In this document: one piece after another, positions 28,066 to 37,351 of the stretch
Position numbering within the stretch: position 1 is the stretch's first letter
Layout: each line of letters starts with the position of its first letter
Assembly (NCBI GenBank): GCA_963674705.1
Contig: OY771506.1
Span: 1,184,001 to 1,248,000, forward strand
DNA: 64,000 nucleotides
Source of the DNA: Phycisphaeraceae bacterium
GTDB taxonomy: Bacteria > Planctomycetota > Phycisphaerae > Phycisphaerales > Phycisphaeraceae
Direction of reading: 5' to 3'
The notes under the pieces: model-generated
Told to the model about the DNA's origin: nothing
Databases searched by the model: none
What the model saw: only the letters and a program-made list of their open reading frames with translations
Program-made: the position numbers and the translations under genes

Positions 28066-29442
28066 TCATCCCTGCGCGTCATCGGGAATTGCACGGTGGT
28101 CGCGGATGACGATCTTGATCGGGACTTCCGAATACGCCAGCTCTTCACGCAGGTGGTTGGTGAAGTAGCGCAGGTAGTTGTTGTCGAAGAGGTCCGGGGT
28201 ATTAACGAACAGCGCGATCGTCGGCGGGTCGATGTCGACCTGTGTGGCGTAGTAGATCTTCGGCTGTTTGCCGAGTTTGGATCGCGGTGCGCCCTGCGAC
28301 ATCACAGCCTGCACAACCTGGTTCAGTTCGCCGGTCGGTGTTCGGTGGCGCGCCTGCTCGTAGAGGTTCATTGCCATGCCGACGGCTTCACGCATACCCT
28401 CGCCCTTGTTGGCGCATGTGAAGACAATCGGGGCGAAGCTCAGGCCTCGCAGCTCTTTGTCCAGGTACTCGACGTACTCTTCCTGTGTGCTTTTTTCTTC
28501 GGCAAGGTCCCATTTGTTTACGACGATCACCGTCGGGCGGTGGTGTTCGAGAATTTCGTTGACCAGCTTCTTGTCGACCTGACTTACCGGCACGGCTGCA
28601 TCGATCAGCAGAAGACACACATCCGCCCGACGGACACTGCGCAGTGAACGGTGCATGGAGTAATACTCGATGTCGCCGTCCAGGCTCTTGCGTTTACGGA
28701 CACCGGCGGTATCGATCGCTGTGAATGTTTTGCCATCGATTTGAAAACGCACATCCACCGAATCGCGCGTTGTGCCTTCGATCTCGCTGACGATAACGCG
28801 CTGCTCGCCCGCCAGCGCGTTGACCATCGTGCTCTTGCCCGCATTGCGTTTGCCGACCAACGCGATGAGCGGTCCGCCGTCATCTGATCCTTTACCGGCA
28901 TCTAATTCATCGTGTCGATCGAAGTCGATCGCATCATTCAATCGTTCGTAGAGTTCAAACTTGTTCCGCCCGGTGATGGCCGCGAGCATGACGGGTTCGC
29001 CGTAGCCCAGTTGCATCGCTTCGTAGGCGAGCGATTCGTGCTTGCTGTCGTCGACCTTATTGGCGACCAGCAGGACCGGCGTCTTCGAGCCGCTGGTGCG
29101 GATCAGGCGCGCGACGGTCTCGTCCAACGGCGTGATCCCGGCCTGGGCATCTACCACAAAAAGCACAAGGTCGGCTTCACCAAGGCCTTGTGCGATCTGG
29201 CGTTCGATCTGGGGCGTGAGTTCGAGGTTATCTGTCAGCCCGTAACCGCCGGTGTCAACCAGCTCGATACGGTGGGCCTTACCTCCCTTGCTGGCTGGGG
29301 ACAGTTCGACGATGGTGCTGATGCGGTCGCGCGTCACCCCTGCCGTCGGTTCGACGATGCTGACCCGCTTGCCCGCTAACAGGTTCATCAGGCTGGACTT
29401 ACCGACGTTTGGTCGGCCGACGATAACGATCTTGGCAGGCAT
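28066..29442 (-). CDS. der: Ribosome biogenesis GTPase Der/EngA
   Basis: Two G domains (GRPNVGKSS, GKRNAGKST, DTAG, NKWD) and KH-like tail. Confidence 0.95.
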   Translation of the reverse strand: MPAKIVIVGRPNVGKSSLMNLLAGKRVSIVEPTAGVTRDRISTIVELSPASKGGKAHRIELVDTGGYGLTDNLELTPQIERQIAQGLGEADLVLFVVDAQAGITPLDETVARLIRTSGSKTPVLLVANKVDDSKHESLAYEAMQLGYGEPVMLAAITGRNKFELYERLNDAIDFDRHDELDAGKGSDDGGPLIALVGKRNAGKSTMVNALAGEQRVIVSEIEGTTRDSVDVRFQIDGKTFTAIDTAGVRKRKSLDGDIEYYSMHRSLRSVRRADVCLLLIDAAVPVSQVDKKLVNEILEHHRPTVIVVNKWDLAEEKSTQEEYVEYLDKELRGLSFAPIVFTCANKGEGMREAVGMAMNLYEQARHRTPTGELNQVVQAVMSQGAPRSKLGKQPKIYYATQVDIDPPTIALFVNTPDLFDNNYLRYFTNHLREELAYSEVPIKIVIRDHRAIPDDAQG

Positions 29443-29508
29443 GGCAGGGGTGGTTTTTCTGGGTTCAGGGATTGGGGGATCAGGGGGAAGATGATAGTGC
29501 AGGATGAA

Positions 29509-29621
29509 GCCATTAGCCATTAGCAGTTAGCAGTTAGCCATTAGCAAGAAGGCAAAGAGATACATGCTAAGGGCTCAAAACTGGACCCCTACGCCGGTCC
29601 TGAGCGCAGCGAAGGGCCGGG
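29509..29621. repeat. GCCATTA/GCAGTTA array plus second copy of the 30-bp element
   Basis: Array 29509-29545; reverse complement of 29592-29621 matches 24567-24596 at 28/30. Confidence 0.85.
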
Positions 29622-29639
29622 CTTCCTATCAACTATCTC

Positions 29640-30344
29640 CTACTGCCCTTCTTTTTTTAATTTCTCATCCCACAGCGAGACAGCTTCGGGTTCGCGGATA
29701 TACAGCGGGACGAGTTTCATCGGATCGTCGGCCCGGCGCGTCGCGGCGGCGATACGACCGAGCTTGTACACCGCTTGGCTTCGGCCGACCGCAGACTGGG
29801 CGGGCAGGATCGTGACACAGTTGGACAGATCATCCGGAACCTGCGGCAACGGGTCGCCGATCACACTCACGGGCCGCGGGCAGGCGCTCAGTAATTCCGC
29901 CATCGTCCGCAGCTTCGGTTCGACGATAATCGACCAGTTTTCGCTGTCGCGTTGATACACCGCACTATGCACGGTTTCACGTTTAAGATTCAAACATACC
30001 GCTACATGTTCCGTATGAAGCGGCGTGTTTTCAGCGAGCACGTCCAGCGTCGGGATGCCGAACACTTCAACACCGGTCGCCAGCGAGAGCATTTTTGCGG
30101 TGGTGACGCCGACACGTAGCCCGGAGAACGAGCCCGGCCCGAGCGAGACGTACACCTGCCCTATCGCATTGGGTGTCACGCCGTGTTTCCGGCAGACTTC
30201 ATGAATCGTCGGGATCAGCTCGACGTTGTGTCGGCGCTTGTTCTGAAGCGCGATGGTGTCGATCAGTTCATCGTCACGGCCGAGTGAAACCGAGCCGCTT
30301 CGGCCGGAGGTTTCGATCGCCAGGTTGTACGGCCGGTCGGGCAT
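29640..30344 (-). CDS. tsaB: tRNA threonylcarbamoyladenosine biosynthesis protein TsaB
   Basis: LAIETS, GPGSFSGLRVG, PLYIR. Confidence 0.92.
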   Translation of the reverse strand: MPDRPYNLAIETSGRSGSVSLGRDDELIDTIALQNKRRHNVELIPTIHEVCRKHGVTPNAIGQVYVSLGPGSFSGLRVGVTTAKMLSLATGVEVFGIPTLDVLAENTPLHTEHVAVCLNLKRETVHSAVYQRDSENWSIIVEPKLRTMAELLSACPRPVSVIGDPLPQVPDDLSNCVTILPAQSAVGRSQAVYKLGRIAAATRRADDPMKLVPLYIREPEAVSLWDEKLKKEGQ

Positions 30345-30363
30345 CGAAAAGATTCTACTTCCG

Positions 30364-30804
30364 TCAATTAATGGTCGTTGCCCGTTGCGTACTGGTGATG
30401 GCGTAGGTCAGGTAGCAGGCGATCGCATACATGAACAGTTTGAACAGGTCCAGCAACGCATTGATCGTGGCGGTCAATTCTGAACCGAACAATACCGACA
30501 GCGGTTTATTCTGAGCCAGCATGATCCAGGCGACGTCGCCGATCACACAACCGATCAACACGAACAGAAGCGAAATCCATCCGATACGTCGGCCAAAACC
30601 CCGACCCCCAAAACGCATGATCAGCCCCCCGATCCCACCGGCGCCTAATGGCGGAAGGATCATGCCAAGCGACATGCCGAGTTTCCATGCAAACACGTAG
30701 CCCAACATCGCCCACACGCCCGCGGCGGCAACCAGGGCAACCAGGCCCGCAGCAATCGCCAAAGGCAGGCTCGCAGAGTTCGGTTTGTTCGCTTCAGCTT
30801 CCAT
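30364..30804 (-). CDS. Hypothetical membrane protein (about 4 TM)
   Basis: Hydrophobic helices; in operon with trpD and tsaB. Confidence 0.7.
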   Translation of the reverse strand: MEAEANKPNSASLPLAIAAGLVALVAAAGVWAMLGYVFAWKLGMSLGMILPPLGAGGIGGLIMRFGGRGFGRRIGWISLLFVLIGCVIGDVAWIMLAQNKPLSVLFGSELTATINALLDLFKLFMYAIACYLTYAITSTQRATTIN

Positions 30805-30827
30805 GATCTGCCTGAGATAGTAGGCGC

Positions 30828-31898
30828 TTATGAGGGCTGGGGTGTCGGGTCGGCTTTGGTGATATGAACAAGTTTTTCCAGGGCGCGTTTGGCGTCGCCG
30901 GAGTCGATCGCGGCGGCGGCACGTTCCAGGCCGTCAACAAGGTCTTCGGCGATGTCGGAAACGACCAGGGCGGCGGCGGCATTCAGGCAGACGATATCAC
31001 GTGCCGGCCCGTGTGCGCCGTCCAGTATCTTCCGGATAATCCCCGCGCTTTCCTTGGGACCATCGGCGTGCAGGGCTTCGGGATGAGATAACGGCAGCCC
31101 CAGTTCCGCCGGGTCGACCTCGTAGGTTTTGATCTGCTCGCCCTTGACGTGGCTGATCTGGCTTGGGCCACAGGTACTCAGTTCGTCCAGCGCGCCCTTG
31201 GATTGGCCGGTGTTGGCCGGGAGCTGGCCGTGGACGACCATGGCGTGCTCGCAGCCGAGTTTCTTAAGCACATTGGCCAGCGTCACGGTCAGGCTGGGCT
31301 CGAACACGCCGATCACCTGCCGGGTTGCTCCCGCGGGGTTGGTCAGGGGGCCGAGGATGTTGAAGATCGTGCGGAACCCCAGGTCGGCCCGGATCGGCGC
31401 GGCATACTTCATGGCCGGGTGGTGCGCCGGGGCGAAGCAGAAGCAAATACCCGCATCGTCCAGGCAGCGGGTCAGCGTGTCGTGCTGGACCATCAGATGT
31501 ACGCCCAGCGTCTGGAGCACCTGGCTGGAGCCGGAGTTGCTGGTGACGGCCTTGTTCCCATGTTTGGCGACCGCGACGCCGTGAGGCCGAGCAGCGGCTG
31601 CTGCGACGAGGCTGGCGGCGGTGGAGATGTTGAACGTCCGGGCGTGGTCTCCGCCGGTGCCGACCAGGTCGATCGCCATCAGACCGTCCGGAACCGCGAC
31701 TTTCGTCGCACGCTCGCGCATCACACGTGCCGCCCCGACGATTTCATTAACACTCGGGCCCCGCTGCTGAATCATCGCCAGCAGCGCCGCGGTCTGTGCC
31801 GGGGTCGATTCGCCGGTCATAATCAGGTCGAACGCGGCGTAAGCCTGGTCAACGGTGAGGGTCTGGCCCTGAACTAGTTGTTGCAGCGTCGGCTTCAT
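30828..31898 (-). CDS. trpD: Anthranilate phosphoribosyltransferase
   Basis: GTGGD, FNIST, KHGN, RTIFNILGPLTNP. Confidence 0.95.
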   Translation of the reverse strand: MKPTLQQLVQGQTLTVDQAYAAFDLIMTGESTPAQTAALLAMIQQRGPSVNEIVGAARVMRERATKVAVPDGLMAIDLVGTGGDHARTFNISTAASLVAAAAARPHGVAVAKHGNKAVTSNSGSSQVLQTLGVHLMVQHDTLTRCLDDAGICFCFAPAHHPAMKYAAPIRADLGFRTIFNILGPLTNPAGATRQVIGVFEPSLTVTLANVLKKLGCEHAMVVHGQLPANTGQSKGALDELSTCGPSQISHVKGEQIKTYEVDPAELGLPLSHPEALHADGPKESAGIIRKILDGAHGPARDIVCLNAAAALVVSDIAEDLVDGLERAAAAIDSGDAKRALEKLVHITKADPTPQPS

Positions 31899-31945
31899 AT
31901 TTATTTTCAGTTTCTCAGGCTCTGGATCATCCATGGGCCGAGGGA

Positions 31946-32212
31946 TCAGACGAGTTCGGTAATCATCCACAACGCGAAGGCGGCCATGATCATGAAAGCG
32001 ATGATTTGCAGGGCCATTACCGTAGCTTCATACGGCAGCCGCTTCAGATTGCTCATTTTGATCGTTTTATAAACCACCGATATCCCCGCCACCAAGGGAA
32101 TCAACAGCAGAATCCAATACTTATCCAGCGGGATCGGCTCCATGAAGGGGCGGAAACCCAGGGTCAGGGTGCTACTCAAAGCCGCCAAGCTTAGGCCGAA
32201 GAATCCGATCAT
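31946..32212 (-). CDS. Small membrane protein
   Basis: Two to three TM helices; ATGA overlap with upstream gene. Confidence 0.7.
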   Translation of the reverse strand: MIGFFGLSLAALSSTLTLGFRPFMEPIPLDKYWILLLIPLVAGISVVYKTIKMSNLKRLPYEATVMALQIIAFMIMAAFALWMITELV

Positions 32213-32721
32213 GCCGTCCCCCCGCTGGTTTCCGTGGTCTCGGTGGTCGCTGCGGCGGCCAATTCCTTGGGCCCGGGTGCCACCGGAGCGGGCTTACGCG
32301 ATCGTACGGTCGGGTCCTGGTAGAGCACGTCCAAGATGGCCAGCAGGTTCAGCATGCCCGCCAGGGCGGTGTAGAGCACGCCCTGCTCATGGATGTGGCC
32401 GTAGCTGGGCTTGAAGGGGATCACGTCCGCATCAGGCCGTGGGGGGGCGGCATTGGGCCCCTCCAGCGAGGTGTGCCACTTCTCGACCAGGATGGACGGG
32501 GCGATCAGCATCTGGCCGACATACCAGATCGGGTGGGCTTTTCGGTCGAATATGCTGACCCCGCCGATAAAAAAGCCCCCCAGCCACAGGAAGTTGATGC
32601 TCAGGAACAGGATAATGGCCCGCTGCCGCTGGCCCAGCAGCCAATGGCCTAATCCGGGCACCAGCCAGGCCGCGATTGCACCGGCGACGTGCCACCGTGG
32701 GCTTACGTTTGTATCAGCCAA
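32209..32721 (-). CDS. DUF6677-like membrane protein
   Basis: AWLVPGLGHW, YTALAGMLNLLAILD; AGGAG before TTG at 32721. Confidence 0.7.
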   Translation of the reverse strand: MADTNVSPRWHVAGAIAAWLVPGLGHWLLGQRQRAIILFLSINFLWLGGFFIGGVSIFDRKAHPIWYVGQMLIAPSILVEKWHTSLEGPNAAPPRPDADVIPFKPSYGHIHEQGVLYTALAGMLNLLAILDVLYQDPTVRSRKPAPVAPGPKELAAAATTETTETSGGTA

Positions 32722-32801
32722 TTCCACGACTCCTGAGTGGTCGGTTTGGGGTGGGTATGACGTCTGGGCAAAAGTTTCCGCGCCCACCCTGCCGATGAGC
32801 A

Positions 32802-32829
32802 TTGACAAACCCCACGGCAAAGATAGTTT
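32802..32829 (+). promoter_or_regulatory. Candidate sigma70 promoter
   Basis: TTGACA-N16-TAGTTT upstream of the acidic-protein gene. Confidence 0.5.
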
Positions 32830-32916
32830 AACCGCCAGAAGGGCACCCGGCCACCAATGCCCGACCTGGACCTGATGTTACTAACCGGCCGGATTTGAAG
32901 CTGGGATTAGGAGATC

Positions 32917-33165
32917 GTGATGCTTGACCAACTGACAGATCTTGCCGATGTACTGATTGAGTCCGAAGCCGGTTATCCATTCGACTCGCAGCCCGCCACC
33001 GCCTGTCCGGTGAAGGCGTACGACGATGACGAGATGGAGGACGACGACTTTCTGGACGATGATGAAGATGACGACTTCGACGATGACGACGATGACTTCT
33101 TCGACGACGACGAAGAAGACGATCTGTTCGATGACGACGAAGATCTGCTGGACGAAGAAGATTAG
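32917..33165 (+). CDS. Small highly acidic protein
   Basis: AGGAG RBS; 37 of last 47 residues are D/E. Confidence 0.7.
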   Translation: MMLDQLTDLADVLIESEAGYPFDSQPATACPVKAYDDDEMEDDDFLDDDEDDDFDDDDDDFFDDDEEDDLFDDDEDLLDEED

Positions 33166-33224
33166 CTATAGGCCGACGGGATATGTTCGCTCCTGTCCGC
33201 CGAGGTGCTGACAGGAGTAAGATC

Positions 33225-33641
33225 ATGCCCGATTCTTCCAAGCAACCATCGCAAGGCCAGGACCCCCAGGATGAACGCCGAGGCAAGGGACCGGACCGCA
33301 GGCAGTCCGTAGTCGACCTGCGCCCGCCCGGTACCGGTCTGGAACGACGGCGGGGCCCCGGACGTCGACGCAGTGACTTCATGAAGGCGGCCGAAGAAGG
33401 CGAGATGACCCAGGAGCAGTTCCTGTTCATCAAGGCCATCGATGCCTACAAACGTGTCAACGATAAACCCTTCCCGACCTGGACCGAGGTGCTGGAAGTT
33501 ATCCGCAAACTCGGCTACCGCAAGACAACCGAGTCGATTCTGCAACTGGACGCTGCCGAAGACTGGACCGAACCCGCCGACGCCCCGGCGTTCCCGCCGT
33601 CAAACGATTACGACGACGATGACATCGAAGATGCGGCGTGA
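33225..33641 (+). CDS. Hypothetical protein with Arg-rich (D/E)RR repeats
   Basis: AGGAG RBS; ERRRGPGRRRSD..EEGEMT..FPTWTEVLEV..LGYRK. Confidence 0.8.
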   Translation: MPDSSKQPSQGQDPQDERRGKGPDRRQSVVDLRPPGTGLERRRGPGRRRSDFMKAAEEGEMTQEQFLFIKAIDAYKRVNDKPFPTWTEVLEVIRKLGYRKTTESILQLDAAEDWTEPADAPAFPPSNDYDDDDIEDAA

Positions 33642-33687
33642 TTCATTGCCATTGGCAGCGAACAAAGAACACGACCACTTGGATACA

Positions 33688-33716
33688 AGCCCTCGGCAAA
33701 AGCCGGGGGTTTTTTA
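33688..33716 (+). terminator. Intrinsic terminator
   Basis: AGCCCTCGGC-AAAA-GCCGGGGG followed by T6. Confidence 0.75.
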
Positions 33717-33954
33717 TTCGTGTCATTTATTCAATGACAAACAGACATAATCACGCACGCCGCACCGAACCGCCGCCGTTTTCCTGCGTATTAAGGGTGA
33801 CAACGATGGTGACAGACGAGTCGTCAACACTAATGCAAGGCACTCGCACACCGGTTTGTCTGACGGGGGACACACACTATTCGGTGGGCCGGCTTCCAGG
33901 GGCGCGTGTGGCGCCCCGGCCGACCGCCCTCGATTACCTGGAAAGGAGACCGTC

Positions 33955-34047
33955 ATGCTCAGACACTTCATGGTACGTGACTGCTGCGTATCCGACGTGA
34001 TGGTTGCGTCGGTAACCGAGGCGGTTTGGGTAGTCGTAGTCGACTAA
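33955..34047 (+). CDS. Candidate 30-aa Val-rich small peptide
   Basis: AAAGGAG 6 nt before ATG; MLRHFMVRDCCVSDVMVASVTEAVWVVVVD. Confidence 0.5.
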   Translation: MLRHFMVRDCCVSDVMVASVTEAVWVVVVD

Positions 34048-34178
34048 CCACCGATGTCTGCACGGGGTCTTTAGCTCGAAACGAGCGACGCGGCAGCGAC
34101 TCATCGGAGGGATGAGCCCCTACGGCAAGTCTTGTACCACCCGAATTACCATACACCATCAACACAAGACCACCCCAC

Positions 34179-34218
34179 ACAGGGCCTGTGCATCGTTGTG
34201 CAGGTTCTGTTTTTATAT
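34179..34218 (+). terminator. Probable intrinsic terminator
   Basis: ACAGGGCCTG..CAGGTTCTGT stem then TTTTATAT. Confidence 0.6.
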
Positions 34219-34321
34219 TTCAATACAACTCCAATCCCCACAGAAGGTCTGCCGTTATAGCGGTCAATGCGGTATCCTGTTGGGTGTTACTTAAAACGGT
34301 CCAACACAGGAGCCACGTCCG

Positions 34322-36163
34322 ATGCGACACATGCTTTTGATAGTAGCTCTGACATTGTTTACTCACATGACCGCATACGCGCAGGAAGTTCAGATGACAG
34401 GCGACAGGATGCTGGAAACGCTGCGATCGGGACACCCGAGATTATTCGTTGATGATGCAACATGGGACCGTATCCGGGAACGACGGAAAGTTGATTCAAA
34501 CTTTGACGCATTGGTCACCGGCATCGAGGCGGACGCGGCGGCGGTGCTCGAAACCGGGCCGGTCGTGTATCAGAAAACCGGCCTGAGGTTGCTTCATGTA
34601 TCTCGTGAAGCGTTAAGGCGGATCCTGCTCCTGGCATTTGTCTACAACCTCAACGGTGACGACGCGTATCTACAACGGGCCGAAGCCGAGATGCGCTCGG
34701 TGATGGCGTTCAAAGACTGGAACCCCTCGCACTTCCTGGATGTCGGGGAGATGGCTGCTGCGGTGGCGATCGGATACGACTGGCTGTACGACGGGCTCGA
34801 TCCCGCCTTCCGCGATGAGGTACGCGCGACGCTCTGGGACAAAGCATTGACGTATCCGTTCGATCCGCAGTGGACCAAGCGTTTATGGTGGATGCGCGGT
34901 GAAAACAATTGGAACTCGGTCTGTTACGGCGGGCTGACGATGGCGATGCTGGTCGTTGCCGAGGATGATCCGGCTCGTGCAGCCGAATGGCTTGAAATGG
35001 TCCGCAAAGGCAACCCGCTCGCGCTGGCCGAATACACGCCGGATGGTGTATACCCCGAGGGGCCGGGCTACTGGACGTACGGCACGTCGTACCAGGTGAT
35101 GCTGATCGCGGCGCTGGAGTCGGCGCTGGGCGATGACATGGGCCTGTGTGATCCGCCCGGATTCATGCAGACGGGGGCATATCCTTTGCAGGTGCTCGGG
35201 CCAACGGGCCTGTCGTACAACTATTCGGATGGCGGCGCCGGGCGCAGGATGGACCCGGCCTTGTTCTGGTTCGCGCAGCGCACCGACACACCCGCGCTCG
35301 TTGCCAAAGAGATACCACGCGATTGGTCGAGCACGGGCAAGGGTCGAGAACGACTGCTGCCATTGGCTGCGGTGTGGTGGTCGATGATGGGCCCGGTCGA
35401 CGATATCTCGATCGATCTGCCTCGCTACTGGCAAGGCCGAGGCAAACAGCCGATCGCGATCTTCCGCAGTTCGTGGACGGACCCCGATGCGCTGTTCCTG
35501 GCGACCAAGGGCGGCAGCGCCTCGCTCAACCACGGCCACATGGACGCCGGTTCGTTTGTGCTTGAAGCCAACGGCGTTCGCTGGGCTGCTGACCTGGGCG
35601 CACAAAACTACAACAGCCTGGAATCGCGAGGTATTGACCTGTGGAACAAAAAGCAGGACAGCGATCGTTGGCGCATCTATCGCATCGGCCCGTTCAGCCA
35701 TAACACGCTGACGATCGACGGCAAGTTACATCGTGTAGAGGGGCACGCGCCGATGATCGCGTTTTCCGATGATCAAAAATCACCCGGTGTGCGTTATGAC
35801 TTGTCGGAAGTGTTTGAAGGCGATACCGAGCGCGTGCTGCGTGCTTTTGAATACGACGAGAACAACAAGACTGTGATCGTCAACGACATATTATCCGGCC
35901 TGAAACCCGGCGCGGTAGTTCGTTGGGCAATGATGACACCTGCGGAGATTGAGTTGAACGGCACGTCGGCTCAATTAACTAAAGATAGCCATACACTCGC
36001 CGCTCGAATACTCGAACCTGACGCTGCGGTATTCGAGTCGATGTCTGCGGCGCCCCCTGCTGACTACGATGCACCAAACGATGGGTATCAACTATTGATT
36101 GTGAACATTCCTTCGCCGGAATCGGGAAAGATGGTGATCAGGATCAGTTTACAGGTTGAGTGA
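34322..36163 (+). CDS. Heparinase II/III family polysaccharide lyase-like protein
   Basis: Signal peptide, HPRL, NNWNSVC, YPEGPGYW, HGHMDAGSF, HNTLTID. Confidence 0.85.
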   Translation: MRHMLLIVALTLFTHMTAYAQEVQMTGDRMLETLRSGHPRLFVDDATWDRIRERRKVDSNFDALVTGIEADAAAVLETGPVVYQKTGLRLLHVSREALRRILLLAFVYNLNGDDAYLQRAEAEMRSVMAFKDWNPSHFLDVGEMAAAVAIGYDWLYDGLDPAFRDEVRATLWDKALTYPFDPQWTKRLWWMRGENNWNSVCYGGLTMAMLVVAEDDPARAAEWLEMVRKGNPLALAEYTPDGVYPEGPGYWTYGTSYQVMLIAALESALGDDMGLCDPPGFMQTGAYPLQVLGPTGLSYNYSDGGAGRRMDPALFWFAQRTDTPALVAKEIPRDWSSTGKGRERLLPLAAVWWSMMGPVDDISIDLPRYWQGRGKQPIAIFRSSWTDPDALFLATKGGSASLNHGHMDAGSFVLEANGVRWAADLGAQNYNSLESRGIDLWNKKQDSDRWRIYRIGPFSHNTLTIDGKLHRVEGHAPMIAFSDDQKSPGVRYDLSEVFEGDTERVLRAFEYDENNKTVIVNDILSGLKPGAVVRWAMMTPAEIELNGTSAQLTKDSHTLAARILEPDAAVFESMSAAPPADYDAPNDGYQLLIVNIPSPESGKMVIRISLQVE

Positions 36164-36179
36164 CTAAGTCAGGTTGAAC

Positions 36180-36623
36180 CTATTCGGGTGGCCCCACGTT
36201 TACCACCCCCCAGTACAGGCTCAGGTCGTGCACCATCGCCTGAAAGCCGTTGCTGCTGATCGGCTTGACGACGTAGCTGTTGGCGTTATGCATATAAGCC
36301 TTCGCTCGATCCGATTCGGATTCGGATGTTGTCAGAACGACAACGGGGATGCTGTGCAGTGACGGATCGGACTTGATTATTTTAAGCACCTCGTGCCCGT
36401 CGACTTTAGGCAGCTTCAGGTCGAGCAGGATGATGTCCGGCCTGGTGCTGTTGTCGGTGTACTCGCCACGCATGTAAAGATAGTCAAGCGCTGCCTGGCC
36501 ATCCTTGACCCGATCGACGGTGTTGATGATACGGTTGGACTTCAGATTCCGATTGATCAGGAAGGCGTGATCATCATCATCCTCGACCAACAGCATGTGT
36601 ATGAGATTTGCTTTTACATTCAT
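36180..36623 (-). CDS. Single-domain response regulator (Rcp1-like)
   Basis: LLVEDD, PDIILLDLKLP, VLTTS, ANSYVVKP. Confidence 0.9.
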   Translation of the reverse strand: MNVKANLIHMLLVEDDDDHAFLINRNLKSNRIINTVDRVKDGQAALDYLYMRGEYTDNSTRPDIILLDLKLPKVDGHEVLKIIKSDPSLHSIPVVVLTTSESESDRAKAYMHNANSYVVKPISSNGFQAMVHDLSLYWGVVNVGPPE

Positions 36624-37351
36624 CTGGCCGCGTCCAATCGTAAGTGATGTGCAGATGAGGCGGTTTATGCTATCGGGATAGTATAAACCACAAATGATCG
36701 GGCTTGCATGTGTTTTTATTCATGCTGTCGACAGAACTTCTTATTCCGCCCGGCTAGCCCGTACGCCGTCGAAGCTCAACACCAAGTGTAATCTGATTGT
36801 TTGTTCAGCGCCTGAAGTACGCCATTATTGATTTATCTGCTGCACGTGTGTTTAAGGCAAAGGTTGTTCTGGCTTAGACTTGGGCAACGAAATCTGTGAT
36901 CGGTTCTTGTGTCCCAACACCATCTTGTCAATGTCATCTCGTGATGCAGTGAGGATCGGTCCTCTGGCTTTTAATCACGCTCGAATGAACACATTGATTG
37001 TTCCAAAGCAAACATTGAGCAACACCAGTTATCCCCACCACGCCATCTTCGGCTCAAACATTGTTGCGGGGCCACGAGCCAACAGGTTTGACCTCTATCA
37101 CGATTATGCAAATCGGCATTGCCGAGGTTAGCCTTGGTATCCCGATTTTAGCAGACACCGGTATCCTCAGAAATCTTTCCGAATCCTTACACGCACCACC
37201 ATTGTCATACGCCACCAACTTCATCAATCTTCTTTCGCCAAGAATTCACGTCGACCGATTAGCTGGCCGCAACCTGCCGATAGGCACCAAGTGATGGATT
37301 GCTGGCGGTAGCTTTCATTACGTGTTGCATCAAGTGCAAACGAGGCGGACT

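Noticed and set aside
3225..29545. Heptamer arrays as CRISPR repeats
   Set aside because: Units are 7 nt, directly tandem, with no spacers and no cas genes.
36624..37351. Small ORFs or a pseudogene in the long AT-richer spacer
   Set aside because: No RBS, motif or codon-bias support.
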